A DNA stretch of 64,000 nucleotides from Herminiimonas sp. Its GTDB lineage: Bacteria; Pseudomonadota; Gammaproteobacteria; Burkholderiales; Burkholderiaceae_D. The notes beneath the pieces were generated by a model. That model ran no database searches. It was not told the DNA's origin and saw only the letters and a list, made by a program, of their open reading frames with translations. Of this stretch, positions 45,805 through 56,165 are shown piece after piece. The stretch lies in assembly GCA_043762325.1 (NCBI GenBank), contig JAYUMU010000175.1, forward strand, positions 37,083 to 101,082, written 5' to 3'. Position 1 is the first letter of the stretch; each line of letters opens with the position of its first letter. The position numbers were made by a program, and so were the translations under genes.

Positions 45805-46974
45805 ATGCTGATCGATTTTTTCTTTACCTTAAAAGACGCAAAGATTCCGGTCTCGATCAAGGAATTCCTGATCCTGCTCGAAGCGATGCAAAAGAACGTG
45901 ATCGGGAACTCCGTCGACGAGTTCTATTTTTTGTCGCGCATCACTCTGGTGAAAGACGAGGCGCATTTCGACAAGTTCGACAAGGCTTTCGGCCTGTATT
46001 TCAAGGGCATCGACGCGGTCTTCGAAAAGAATGCCGACATACCGCTGGACTGGCTGATGAAACGCATGCAGCGCGAACTGACCGACGAGCAGAAACTGCA
46101 ACTGGAAAAATTCGGCTACGACAAGCTGATGGATCGCCTCAAGCAATTGCTCGACGAGCAGAAGGGCCGCCATGAAGGCGGCAACAAGTGGATCGGCACC
46201 GGTGGCACTTCGCCCTTCGGCAATGGCGGCACCAATCCGGAGGGCATCCGCATCGGCGGCGAAGGCGGCAAGCGCACCGCGGTAAAAGTGTGGGAAGCGC
46301 GCGCCTACCGCGATTACGACGCCGAGCGCGAACTGGGCACCCGCAACATCAAGGTCGCCCTGCGCCGCCTGCGCAAGTTCGCCCGCGAAGGCGCCGACGA
46401 GGAACTGGCGCTCGACGACACCATTCGCGCTACCGCCAACAATGCCGGATACCTGGACATCCGCATGCAGCCCGAGCGCAGGAACAAGATCAAGGTGCTG
46501 ATGCTGCTCGATGTTGGCGGCACCATGGACGACCACATCGCCCGCACCGAAGAACTGTTTTCCGCCTCGAAGACAGAATTCAAGAACATGGAGTTCTTTT
46601 ACTTCCATAACTGCGTCTACGATTATCTCTGGAAGAACAACCGGCGCCGCCATGCCGAGCGCTTTCCGACCTGGGACATCCTGCGCAAGTATCCGGCCGA
46701 CACCAAGCTGATCTTCGTCGGCGACGCCACCATGAGCCCGTATGAAATCCTGCAGCCGGGCGGCTCGGTCGAGTACGACAATCCCGAGGCGGGCGCGGCC
46801 TGGCTGCAGCGCTTTACCAGCGCCTTCCCGAAGTTCATCTGGTTGAATCCCGAGCCGGAGGGCTTGTGGCAGTACCGGCAGTCGATCGCCGTGATCCAGC
46901 AGCTGATGAGCCACCGGATGTTCCCGGTGACGATCGAGGGCCTGGAGCGCGGCATGCGCTTGCTGAGCAAATAG
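45805..46974 (+). CDS. VWA-domain protein (CoxE-like partner of the MoxR ATPase)
   Basis: Start at ATG 45805 within ORF 45646..46974. MLIDFFFTLKDAKIPVSIKEFLILLEAM is the CoxE-like N-terminus. The VWA core follows, with a MIDAS-like LLDVGGTMD and IFVGDA. Confidence 0.8.
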   Translation: MLIDFFFTLKDAKIPVSIKEFLILLEAMQKNVIGNSVDEFYFLSRITLVKDEAHFDKFDKAFGLYFKGIDAVFEKNADIPLDWLMKRMQRELTDEQKLQLEKFGYDKLMDRLKQLLDEQKGRHEGGNKWIGTGGTSPFGNGGTNPEGIRIGGEGGKRTAVKVWEARAYRDYDAERELGTRNIKVALRRLRKFAREGADEELALDDTIRATANNAGYLDIRMQPERRNKIKVLMLLDVGGTMDDHIARTEELFSASKTEFKNMEFFYFHNCVYDYLWKNNRRRHAERFPTWDILRKYPADTKLIFVGDATMSPYEILQPGGSVEYDNPEAGAAWLQRFTSAFPKFIWLNPEPEGLWQYRQSIAVIQQLMSHRMFPVTIEGLERGMRLLSK

Positions 46975-47162
46975 CTCACGCACCGGCGGCCTGCCGTTCT
47001 TGCGGCGCCGCCATCGGTGGCCGGATGACGGCGTATGCTTTTGCCCACAGTCACCTTCTTGATTTTTCATTAGAATGCACCACTTCTGCCGGAACCTCCC
47101 GCGCCGGCTTGCGGGTGGCATGCCCTGGCACCGCCTTTTACCGGAAATTCAGACCACCACGC

Positions 47163-49151
47163 ATGGCAACCAAAAAAGCACCACAGTCGGATTACAGCGA
47201 ATCGTCCATCCGCGTCCTGAAGGGCCTGGAGCCCGTCAAGCAGCGTCCCGGCATGTACACCCGCACCGAAAATCCCCTGCACATCATCCAGGAAGTCATC
47301 GACAACGCCTCCGATGAAGCGCTGGGCGGGCATGCGAAGCAGATCATGGTCACGCAAAATGTCGACGGCAGCATCAGCGTCGAGGATGACGGCCGCGGCA
47401 TACCGGTGGGCATGCATCCGGAAGAAAAGGTGCCCACCGTCGAAATCGTCTTCACCCGCCTGCATGCCGGCGGCAAGTTCGACAAGGGTTCCGGCGGCGC
47501 CTATGCGTTCTCGGGCGGCCTGCACGGCGTCGGTGTCTCGGTCACCAATGCGCTGTCGACGCGGCTGGAAATCACGGTCTGGCGCGAAGGCGGCATGCAC
47601 CAGATGGCGTTCGCCGACGGCGACGTGATCGAAAAACTCAAGACCCGGCCGATCGGGCGCGAAGAGAAAAAGTCCGGCACGCGGGTCACCGCCTGGCCGA
47701 ATCCGAAGTATTTCGATTCGCCCGTGATTGCGATTGCCGACCTGCAGCGCCTGTTGCGCTCCAAGGCCGTGCTGCTGCCCGGCGTGCGGGTGACGCTGAC
47801 CATTGCGAAAACCGGCGAAGTCCAGACCTGGCAGTACGACCAGGGCTTGCGCGGCTACCTGGTCGAGTCGCTGGCGCAGAGTTCCGGCGCCCAGCCGGTC
47901 ATTCCCCTGTTCGAGGGCGACCAGTATGCCGGCGCTGACGCCGAAGGCTTTGCCGAAGGCGAAGGCGCGGCCTGGGTGGTGGCCTGGACCGAGGATGGCA
48001 ACGTGGTGCGCGAGTCGTACGTGAATCTGATACCGACTTCGGCCGGCGGCACCCACGAGTCCGGCCTGAGGGAAGGCCTGTTCGGCGCGGTCAAGAGCTT
48101 CGTCGAGATGCATGCGCTGCTGCCCAAGGGCGTGAAACTGCTGCCGGAAGACGTCTTTGCACGGGTGTCCTTCGTGCTGTCGGCAAAGGTGCTCGATCCG
48201 CAGTTCCAGGGCCAGATCAAGGAGCGCCTGAATTCACGCGATGCGGTGCGGCTGGTGTCGACCTTCTGCAAGCCGCCGCTGGAATTGTGGCTCAACGAAC
48301 ACGTCGAGTACGGCAAGAAGCTGGCGGAACTGGTGATCCGCCAGGCGCAGTCGCGCCTGCGCTCGCTGCAGAAGGTGGAAAAGAAGAAATCCTCCGGCGT
48401 GGCGGTCCTGCCGGGCAAGCTGACCGATTGCGAATCGAATGACGTCACCCGCAACGAACTGTTCCTGGTCGAAGGGGATTCGGCCGGCGGCTCGGCCAAG
48501 ATGGGGCGCGACAAGGAATTCCAGGCGATTCTGCCCTTGCGCGGCAAGGTGCTGAACTCCTGGGAAACCGAGCGCGACCGGCTGTTTGCCAACAACGAGA
48601 TCCACGACATGGCGGTGGCCATCGGCGTCGATCCGCATGGCGTCAATGACAGCCCCGACATGTCCGGCCTGCGCTATGGCCGCATCTGCATCCTCTCGGA
48701 TGCGGACGTCGACGGCTCGCACATCCAGGTGCTGTTGCTGACCCTCTTCTTCAAGCATTTCCCGATGCTGATGGCAAAGGGCCACATCTGCGTGGCGCGC
48801 CCGCCGCTCTACCGGGTCGATGCACCGGCGCGCGGCAAGAAGCCGGCGCAGAAGATCTATGCGCTCGACGACGGCGAACTCGAAGCGATCCAGGACAAGC
48901 TGCGAAAAGACGGCGTAAAGGAAAACGGCTGGTCGATCTCGCGCTTCAAGGGCCTGGGCGAAATGAATGCCGAGCAGCTCTGGGAAACCACCATGAATCC
49001 GGATACCCGGCGCCTGTTGCCGATCACCCTGGGCGCATTCGACCAGGCCGCGTCCGAGTCGCGCTTCACCATGTTGATGGGCAAGGGCGAAGCGGCAGCC
49101 CGGCGCGCCTGGATCGAGGAACATGGCAACGAGGCGGAAGCGGATATCTGA
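47163..49151 (+). CDS. parE: DNA topoisomerase IV subunit B
   Basis: Start at ATG 47163 within ORF 46866..49151. VLKGLEPVKQRPGMYT, EVIDNASDEA, DDGRGIPV, LHGVGVSVTNALS, EGDSAGGSAK, PLRGKVLN. The size (662 aa) and adjacency to parC argue for ParE over GyrB. Confidence 0.95.
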   Translation: MATKKAPQSDYSESSIRVLKGLEPVKQRPGMYTRTENPLHIIQEVIDNASDEALGGHAKQIMVTQNVDGSISVEDDGRGIPVGMHPEEKVPTVEIVFTRLHAGGKFDKGSGGAYAFSGGLHGVGVSVTNALSTRLEITVWREGGMHQMAFADGDVIEKLKTRPIGREEKKSGTRVTAWPNPKYFDSPVIAIADLQRLLRSKAVLLPGVRVTLTIAKTGEVQTWQYDQGLRGYLVESLAQSSGAQPVIPLFEGDQYAGADAEGFAEGEGAAWVVAWTEDGNVVRESYVNLIPTSAGGTHESGLREGLFGAVKSFVEMHALLPKGVKLLPEDVFARVSFVLSAKVLDPQFQGQIKERLNSRDAVRLVSTFCKPPLELWLNEHVEYGKKLAELVIRQAQSRLRSLQKVEKKKSSGVAVLPGKLTDCESNDVTRNELFLVEGDSAGGSAKMGRDKEFQAILPLRGKVLNSWETERDRLFANNEIHDMAVAIGVDPHGVNDSPDMSGLRYGRICILSDADVDGSHIQVLLLTLFFKHFPMLMAKGHICVARPPLYRVDAPARGKKPAQKIYALDDGELEAIQDKLRKDGVKENGWSISRFKGLGEMNAEQLWETTMNPDTRRLLPITLGAFDQAASESRFTMLMGKGEAAARRAWIEEHGNEAEADI

Positions 49152-50032
49152 TGGCGTCATTGCCGCAGCCGCGCCTGCAGAGCCCGCAGAGTCTTCTTTT
49201 GCGACTGCGCGCGCGCATCTCGCGGCTGCGCGCACACGGCTTTGCCCTGCTGGCGCTCGTGCTGGCAATGCTGGCCGCGCCCGCCGCACGGGCCGATGTC
49301 TACGGCTACATCGACGCCGAGGGCATGGCGCATTTTTCACCGGTGAAGATCGACGAGCGCTACCAGATTTTCGTGCGCGGCGACCAGCAGTTCGATTCGG
49401 CGCAGTTTGCCAGCGCGCCGGCAGCGCCGGCGGCGGTTGTGGCAGGCCGGCATTCGCCGCTGTTTCTGTACCTGGTGCAGCATCCGAACCTGAAGAAATA
49501 CGAAGCGCTGCTGAACCAGGCAGCGCTGGACTTCAGCCTGGAGCCGGCGCTGCTCAAAGCGATCATGGCAGCCGAATCGGGTTTCAATCCGACGGCGGTC
49601 TCGCCCAAGGGCGCGGTCGGCCTGATGCAGCTCATGCCGGCGACCGCCGAACGGTACGGCCTGGCAGCTGACGCGAAAAAGACCGTCGGCCAGAAACTGA
49701 CCGATCCGAAGACCAACATCCGCCTGGCCGCGCGCTATCTGCGCGACCTGCGCCAGCTGTTTCCCGACAAGCCCGACCTGGTGATCGCTTCCTACAACGC
49801 CGGCGAAGGCGCCGTGCAACGCTATCGCAACACGATTCCGCCCTATCCGGAGACGCGCAACTACGTGCAGCTGGTCACGCAGTTCTACCAGCTCTACCGG
49901 CCGGCGCCACCTGCAACGGCGCCGATGGCGGCAGGGCCCGGTCGGCGGCGCGTGCAGATGACGATTCCGGGACGCGGCAACATGCCGGCGCCGGCCGAAA
50001 ACCTGAGCGCCTCCCCATTGGTTTCACCGTAA
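49151..50032 (+). CDS. Lytic transglycosylase (SLT domain)
   Basis: ORF 49151..50032. The start shares one base with the parE stop (TGATG). Signal/anchor LALLALVLAMLAAPAARA. SLT core AIMAAESGFNPTAVSPKGAVGLMQLMPATA...ASYNAGEGAV. Confidence 0.85.
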   Translation: MASLPQPRLQSPQSLLLRLRARISRLRAHGFALLALVLAMLAAPAARADVYGYIDAEGMAHFSPVKIDERYQIFVRGDQQFDSAQFASAPAAPAAVVAGRHSPLFLYLVQHPNLKKYEALLNQAALDFSLEPALLKAIMAAESGFNPTAVSPKGAVGLMQLMPATAERYGLAADAKKTVGQKLTDPKTNIRLAARYLRDLRQLFPDKPDLVIASYNAGEGAVQRYRNTIPPYPETRNYVQLVTQFYQLYRPAPPATAPMAAGPGRRRVQMTIPGRGNMPAPAENLSASPLVSP

Positions 50033-50074
50033 TTTCGCCGTAGTTTCGATTCAACTGCCCACGACTGAAAACGA

Positions 50075-52387
50075 ATGAACGATCAAGCATCACTTTTCGA
50101 CAGAACTCCGGCCGACGGCGGCGAGTCGCTGACGCTGGCCACCTTTGCCGAACGCGCCTATCTCGACTATGCCATCTCGGTGGTCAAGGGCCGCGCCCTG
50201 CCGGATGTCTGCGACGGCCAGAAACCGGTGCAGCGGCGCATCCTCTTCGCCATGAACGAACTGGGCTTGAATGCCACGGCCAAGCCGCGCAAATCGGCGG
50301 CGGTCGTCGGCGACGTGCTGGGCAAGCTGCATCCGCATGGCGATCAGTCGGTCTACGACGCGTTGGTGCGCATGGCGCAGAATTTTTCGCTGCGCTATCC
50401 GCTGATCGACGGCCAGGGCAATTTCGGTTCGCGCGACGGCGACGGCGCCGCAGCCATGCGCTACACCGAAGCGCGCCTGACACCGATTGCCCGCCTGCTG
50501 CTGGAAGAAATCGGCATGGGCACGGTCGACTTCCAGCCGAACTACGATGGCTCGACGGAAGAGCCGAAGCTGCTGCCGGGGCGGCTGCCGTTCGTGCTGC
50601 TCAACGGCGCCTCCGGCATCGCCGTCGGCCTGGCAACCGAAATCCCCTCGCACAACCTGCGCGAAGTGGCGCGCGCGGCAGTGGCGATGATCCGCAATCC
50701 CAAGCTCACCCATGCGGAACTGATGGCGCTCATTCCCGGCCCGGACTTTCCGGGCGGCGGACAGATCATCACCTCGGCGGCGCAGATTTCGGAAATGTAC
50801 GAAAGCGGACGCGGCAGCCTGAAGGTGCGCGCCGTCTGGAAGATCGAGGACCTGGCGCGCGGCCAGTGGCAGGCGGTGGTGACCGAACTGCCGCCGGGCA
50901 CGTCGTCGCAGAAGGTGCTGGAAGAAATCGAGGAAATCACCAATCCGAAGGTCCGGCTCGGCAAGAAGGCGCTCTCGCCCGAGCAGCTTTCGCTGAAGCA
51001 GTCGCTGCTGGCGGTGCTCGACACGGTGCGCGACGAATCCGGACGGGAAGCGCCGGTGCGCCTGGTGTTCGAGCCGAAATCGAAGAACCTGGACCAGACC
51101 GAATTCTGCAACATGCTGCTGGCGCATACCTCGCTCGAGAGCAGCGCCTCGATCAACCTCGTGATGATCGGCGGCGACGGTCGTCCGCGCCAGAAGGGAC
51201 TGTCCGACATCCTGCGCGAATGGATCGACTTCCGCTTCCTGACGGTGACCCGGCGCACCGGCTTCAAGCTGCGCCGGGTCGACGAGCGCATCCACATCCT
51301 CGAAGGCCGGGAAGCGGTACTGCTCAACATCGACAAGGTCATCAAGATCATCCGCGAGTCGGACGAGCCGAAACCGGCGCTGATGACGGCCTTCAGGCTG
51401 TCGGACCGGCAGGCAGAGGACATCCTGGAAATCCGGCTGCGTCAGCTCGCGCGCCTGGAAGCCATCAAGATCACGCAGGAACTGACCGCCCTGCGCGGCG
51501 AGCGCGAAACCCTGCAGGAACTGCTGGAAAATCCGGCATCGATGAAGCGGCTCATCATCCGCGAGATCGAGGCGGACGACAAAGCCTTCGGCGACCGCCG
51601 CAGGACGCTGATCGAAGCGGCGGAACGGGCCAGCGTCGAGCAGAAGGTGATCGACGAACCCGTGACCGTGGTGATCTCGCAGAAAGGCTGGGTGCGCGCC
51701 CGCGCCCTGCACGGTCATGATGTGGGCCAGTTCGCCTTCAAGCCGGGCGACGCGCTGTACCGCACCTTCGAATGCCGCACCGTCGACAACCTGCTGGCGT
51801 TCGGCTCGAACGGCCGCGTCTATTCGGTGCCGGTGGCGCTGCTGCCGGGTGCGCGCAGCGACGGCGTGCCGATCACGACACTGGTCGACCTGGCGTCCGG
51901 CAGCACCATCCTGCATTATTTTGCCGGCAGCGCCGACACCAGCCTGCTGATGGCGTCGACTGCCGGATACGGCTTTGCCACCCGCGCCGGCGACATGGTC
52001 AGCCGCATCCGGGCCGGCAAGGCCTTCATCACCCTCGACAATGGCGACACGCCGCTGCTGCCGCGCGAGATCGGCGCGAAAGCCAGTGCGATTGCCTGCC
52101 TGTCCGAAAAAGGCCGGCTGCTGGTGTTCGGCATGGAGGAATTGAAGACGCTTTCCGGCGGCGGGCGCGGCGTGACGCTGATCGACCTGGAGCCGGGCGA
52201 AACCCTGATCGCGGCGCAGCCGATCAGCCAGCGCGGCGTGATCGCCTTCGGCACCGGCCGCGGCGGCAAGGCGCAGCAGGTGGCCTTGTCGGCAAGCGCC
52301 CTGGCGCCGCATATCGGAAAGCGGGCCAGGAAGGGGCGCGCGCTGGAATCGAAGCTCAAGCCCGCCGGCCTGATCGCAGCCGAGTAG
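50075..52387 (+). CDS. parC: DNA topoisomerase IV subunit A
   Basis: ORF 50075..52387. [59 protein letters not shown] (catalytic Tyr). Confidence 0.95.
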   Translation: MNDQASLFDRTPADGGESLTLATFAERAYLDYAISVVKGRALPDVCDGQKPVQRRILFAMNELGLNATAKPRKSAAVVGDVLGKLHPHGDQSVYDALVRMAQNFSLRYPLIDGQGNFGSRDGDGAAAMRYTEARLTPIARLLLEEIGMGTVDFQPNYDGSTEEPKLLPGRLPFVLLNGASGIAVGLATEIPSHNLREVARAAVAMIRNPKLTHAELMALIPGPDFPGGGQIITSAAQISEMYESGRGSLKVRAVWKIEDLARGQWQAVVTELPPGTSSQKVLEEIEEITNPKVRLGKKALSPEQLSLKQSLLAVLDTVRDESGREAPVRLVFEPKSKNLDQTEFCNMLLAHTSLESSASINLVMIGGDGRPRQKGLSDILREWIDFRFLTVTRRTGFKLRRVDERIHILEGREAVLLNIDKVIKIIRESDEPKPALMTAFRLSDRQAEDILEIRLRQLARLEAIKITQELTALRGERETLQELLENPASMKRLIIREIEADDKAFGDRRRTLIEAAERASVEQKVIDEPVTVVISQKGWVRARALHGHDVGQFAFKPGDALYRTFECRTVDNLLAFGSNGRVYSVPVALLPGARSDGVPITTLVDLASGSTILHYFAGSADTSLLMASTAGYGFATRAGDMVSRIRAGKAFITLDNGDTPLLPREIGAKASAIACLSEKGRLLVFGMEELKTLSGGGRGVTLIDLEPGETLIAAQPISQRGVIAFGTGRGGKAQQVALSASALAPHIGKRARKGRALESKLKPAGLIAAE

Positions 52388-52392
52388 TGCCG

Positions 52393-53475
52393 ATGCCGCC
52401 ATCAGCCAAGCCCATGCGGGCGGTTCGCCGCCTCGCAACGATCGCAGCCGCCCTGCTCTCGGGCGCCTGCACCATGAGCAACCCCTATTATGATCCGCAA
52501 AAGCCGCATCACACCCAAGACGGCTTTCGCAACAATTACCTGGTGGGCGACATCGGCGGCTCGTTCCTGAAGTGGCAGTACGAACGCACGCTGGCAGGGT
52601 TGCCCAGGCCGCCGGCAAACGGTTACGCCTTCCCGGTCGATGCGCCCGACCTGCCGTGGCTGCACGCCAACCGCAGCGTGCCGAGCGCGACCTGGATCGG
52701 CCACGCCACCATGCTGGTGCAGGTCGGCGGCATGAACGTGCTGACCGACCCGGTGTTTTCCGAGCGGGCCTCGCCGGTCGGCTTTGCCGGGCCGCGGCGC
52801 AAGGTACGACCCGGCCTGACGCTGGCGCAGCTGCCGCATGTGGACGTGGTCGTCATCTCGCACAATCATTACGACCACCTCGACCGTGCCAGCGTGATCG
52901 GCCTGAACGATCAGGCCGGCGGCCCGCCGCTGTTTCTGGTGCCGCTCGGCATAAAGCCGTGGATGAAGGCGCTTGGCATCACCAACGTGCGCGAACTCGA
53001 CTGGTGGCAACGGACGCAGGCAGGCGGCCTGGACATCACCTTCGTGCCGGTGCAGCACTGGTCGGCGCGCGGCGTGACCGACCGCTTCAAGACGCTGTGG
53101 GGTGGCTGGGTGGTGCAGACCGGCGCGGCGGCGGCGCGGCCGTTCTCGGTGTTCTTTGCGGGCGACACCGGTTATTCGAAAGACTTCGCCGACATCCACC
53201 AGCGCTTCGACCACTTCGACCTGGCGTTGCTGCCGATCGGCGCCTACGCACCACGCTGGTTCATGCAGAAGCAGCATGTCGACCCGGGCGAAGCGGTCAG
53301 GATCCACCGCGACCTGCACGTGAAGCAATCGCTTGCCATTCACTGGGGAACCTTCGAGCTGACCGACGAACCGCTCGACGCGCCGCCGCTTGCCCTGGCA
53401 GCGGAACTGTCGAAAGCCGATGTACCGGCGGCCGATTTTGCGGTACTGCGCCATGGTGAACTACGGCGCTTCTGA
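52393..53475 (+). CDS. MBL-fold metallo-hydrolase lipoprotein (NAPE-PLD-like)
   Basis: Start at ATG 52393 within ORF 51772..53475. Lipobox LLSGAC, metal motif ISHNHYDHLD, later GDTGY and IHWGTF. Confidence 0.8.
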   Translation: MPPSAKPMRAVRRLATIAAALLSGACTMSNPYYDPQKPHHTQDGFRNNYLVGDIGGSFLKWQYERTLAGLPRPPANGYAFPVDAPDLPWLHANRSVPSATWIGHATMLVQVGGMNVLTDPVFSERASPVGFAGPRRKVRPGLTLAQLPHVDVVVISHNHYDHLDRASVIGLNDQAGGPPLFLVPLGIKPWMKALGITNVRELDWWQRTQAGGLDITFVPVQHWSARGVTDRFKTLWGGWVVQTGAAAARPFSVFFAGDTGYSKDFADIHQRFDHFDLALLPIGAYAPRWFMQKQHVDPGEAVRIHRDLHVKQSLAIHWGTFELTDEPLDAPPLALAAELSKADVPAADFAVLRHGELRRF

Positions 53476-53565
53476 TGCCGAAGGCAACGCTTCGGACAAC
53501 GGCCTTCCAGGCGTGCCTTGCCAGGGATTACCGCGGTTCAGGATCTTGCGACGAACCGTGATGCG

Positions 53566-55935
53566 TCATTTGGAGACGGCAAGCAGCAGCGTGTCATGCA
53601 TCCGCATCCGGTCGAGCCATTCGCGCACCGGCCCGGGTTTTCCAAACAGATAGCCCTGGCTGCAGTCGCAGCCCGCGGCCTGCAGAAAGGCCGCCTGTTC
53701 CAAGGTCTCGACCCCTTCGGCCACGACACGCAGGTGCAGGTGCTTTGCCATCGACAGCATCGCCAGGACGATTGCCACGGCGCCAGGATCGTGCGGTATG
53801 TCCTGGACGAAGGTGCGGTCGATCTTCAGTTCATACAGCGGCAGGCGGCGCAGATAGGCTAGGCTCGAATAACCGGTGCCGAAGTCGTCGATCGAGAAAC
53901 GCACGCCCAGCAGCGCAAGCTCCTGCATGCGGCCTACCGTGGCGTCGAACTCGGCAATCAGCAGGTTCTCGGTGACCTCGAAGATCAGGTTGCCGGCATT
54001 CGCACCCGTGCTGGCAAGCGTCTTTCGCACGGCGTCGACGAAACCGGCTTGTGCGAATTGCTTCGGACTGACGTTGATCGAAACAGGAATCGCAAACCCC
54101 GCGCTCTCGAACTGGAGGCTCGCCAGGCAAGCCCGGCGCAGGACCCAGTTGCCCAGGGCGATGATGAGGCCGGATTCCTCCGCTGCCGGAATGAACGACA
54201 TGGGCGGGACGGCGCCGTATTGCGGATGCGTCCAGCGCAGCAGCATCTCGCCGCCCAGCACCCGACCCTCGCGATCGCATTGCGGCTGAAAATGCAGGTC
54301 CAACTGATCGCGTTGCTGGGCCAGCGCCAGCTCGGATGCCATCAGAAAACGTGCCTGCAACGCCGCATGCATCGAGGCTTCAAAGAAAGCGGTCTGGTTG
54401 CGACCATTGGCTTTGGCGCGGTACATGGCCGTGTCGGCTTCGCGCAGGAGATCGTCGACGGTATGGTCGGCTTTTGGGAAAAGCGTGATGCCGATGCTGC
54501 AGCCGACGAAGTAGCTGTGGCCGTCGATGACGACCGCACGCGTCAATGCCGATCGAATGCGCTCGGCCAGGATGGCCGCATTCGCGGCGGCCTGTCTCGG
54601 ATCGGTGCCCAGATTGCCGCTCACCAGAATGAATTCGTCGCCGCCCATGCGGGCTGCGAAATCCTCGACGCGCAACAGTTGCTGCAGCAGATGCGCGATC
54701 GATTTCAACAGTTCGTCGCCGACCAGGTGGCCGCGTGCATCGTTGACGTCCTTGAAATGGTCCAGGTCCAGGAACAGGAGAGCGCTGGTCTGGCCGCTGC
54801 GCCGGCCTGACGCATTGATTTCGACCAGGCGATCCATCAGGAAGCGGCGGTTGGGCAACGACGTAAGGGGATCGAAGTAGGCAAGCTGGCGGATTTCCGC
54901 TTCCGTTGTCTTGCGCTCCGTTACATCCTTGCCGACACCGTGGTAGCCGGTCAACCTGCCGGCGGTGTCGAAACGCGGTTCGCCGCAGATGCTGACCCAG
55001 CGGTAGCTGCCGTCGTCGATTTTCACCTGGTATTCGAAATCCGTGAAGTCCCGATGTGCCCGCAAATCGGCAATGTGCTCTTGCCAGAACGGGGAATTGC
55101 GGTCGCTCTCGTTTTCCCAACGGGTCTTGCCGATGATCGAGCTGCGTGTTGCGGGATAGCGGGAGCGCTCCCTGGAAAAGTCGGCGACGAACCGGAAATT
55201 GCTGTCCTGCTCCCAATACCAGTCGGACGAAAGCTCTGCCAATGCCTGGAAGCGGTTGACTTCGCGCTGCAGGTTGGCGATCAACGAGGCGTTCTCGAAT
55301 TTGAGCGCAATGATTTCGCGCATCGGCGCCCAGCCACGCACGGCTACCCAGACCACACCGAAGGCCATCAGGGCGAGCACCTGCAACAGCAGAAATCGCG
55401 TCGGCACGTTCGAGACGACGGTGACGTAGATACTGGCCACCAGCATGGGAAAGCCGTAGCCCAGGCATGCCAGGGGAATGGTGGAAAGAATGGCCGCTGC
55501 GCCGACACACAGGAAACCCATGCTGGCGACAGCCAGGGAAAACAACGAATCCGGCTCGCCGGGCAAAAAATAAACGACGATGCCTGCCCAGGTAATGCCG
55601 AGCAGCACGGAATGCCTGACGATCGCAATGATCCGGCGGCGCGAAACAGTGGTCGGATCCGGTCGCAGTCGAAGCCGCCGCCAGCTTGAAAATATCGGCA
55701 GAAGCAGCGACCAGATGATGAGCACCGCGGCAACGCGTGTCCACAGCGGGCGCGAATCGGACAATGCCGAGGCAAAAAGAATGCTGCTCACGACGTTCAT
55801 GAACAGCACGAGCGGCATCTGGGCAACAAGCGCAACGGATTGCGCAACGCGAACCGCATTGATATCCAACGCGGCAAACCAGTCAGAAAATACGGTTGGC
55901 GGACGGGCTTTTACAAACAATGATTTCACGGACAA
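53566..55935 (-). CDS. Membrane-anchored PAS-GGDEF-EAL signalling protein
   Basis: ORF 53566..55935. The annotated start is TTG, and the true start is uncertain (the next ATG is at codon 40). About 7 N-terminal helices are followed by a PAS-like segment (WYWEQDSNFRFV...YRWVSICGEPRFD). The GGDEF domain reads RMGGDEF. The EAL domain has EVTE, DDFGTGYSSL and KIDRTF. Confidence 0.9.
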   Translation of the reverse strand: MSVKSLFVKARPPTVFSDWFAALDINAVRVAQSVALVAQMPLVLFMNVVSSILFASALSDSRPLWTRVAAVLIIWSLLLPIFSSWRRLRLRPDPTTVSRRRIIAIVRHSVLLGITWAGIVVYFLPGEPDSLFSLAVASMGFLCVGAAAILSTIPLACLGYGFPMLVASIYVTVVSNVPTRFLLLQVLALMAFGVVWVAVRGWAPMREIIALKFENASLIANLQREVNRFQALAELSSDWYWEQDSNFRFVADFSRERSRYPATRSSIIGKTRWENESDRNSPFWQEHIADLRAHRDFTDFEYQVKIDDGSYRWVSICGEPRFDTAGRLTGYHGVGKDVTERKTTEAEIRQLAYFDPLTSLPNRRFLMDRLVEINASGRRSGQTSALLFLDLDHFKDVNDARGHLVGDELLKSIAHLLQQLLRVEDFAARMGGDEFILVSGNLGTDPRQAAANAAILAERIRSALTRAVVIDGHSYFVGCSIGITLFPKADHTVDDLLREADTAMYRAKANGRNQTAFFEASMHAALQARFLMASELALAQQRDQLDLHFQPQCDREGRVLGGEMLLRWTHPQYGAVPPMSFIPAAEESGLIIALGNWVLRRACLASLQFESAGFAIPVSINVSPKQFAQAGFVDAVRKTLASTGANAGNLIFEVTENLLIAEFDATVGRMQELALLGVRFSIDDFGTGYSSLAYLRRLPLYELKIDRTFVQDIPHDPGAVAIVLAMLSMAKHLHLRVVAEGVETLEQAAFLQAAGCDCSQGYLFGKPGPVREWLDRMRMHDTLLLAVSK

Positions 55936-56094
55936 CCGATACTCAGAACGTAGCTAATTTCATCCTGAATCCCGCTGTTCCGGGGCGCCTCTTCTCGGGC
56001 GCGTTCAAGCATTCCCTACGCAAATATCGGCAATACTTTTTGAAACTTTAGTTCGGCAACCGCGATGAAAGGTCAACAACTGTCAATTGCCCGG

Positions 56095-56129
56095 GCGCCT
56101 GGCGCGACGATGCAGGAGGCGCCAGGCGC
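56095..56129. other. Perfect 11-bp GC-rich hairpin downstream of the aminotransferase gene
   Basis: GCGCCTGGCGC (56095-56105), a 13-nt loop, then GCGCCAGGCGC (56119-56129). There is no adjacent U-run on either strand, so terminator function is uncertain. Confidence 0.4.
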
Positions 56130-56165
56130 GTCGGATCGACGCGCCGGCACTGCCGTCGTCGCGAT

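Noticed and set aside
50090-52618. 842-aa minus-strand ORF opposite parC.
   Set aside because: parC on the plus strand has unmistakable topoisomerase motifs. The antisense product is Arg/Ala/Gly-rich low complexity.
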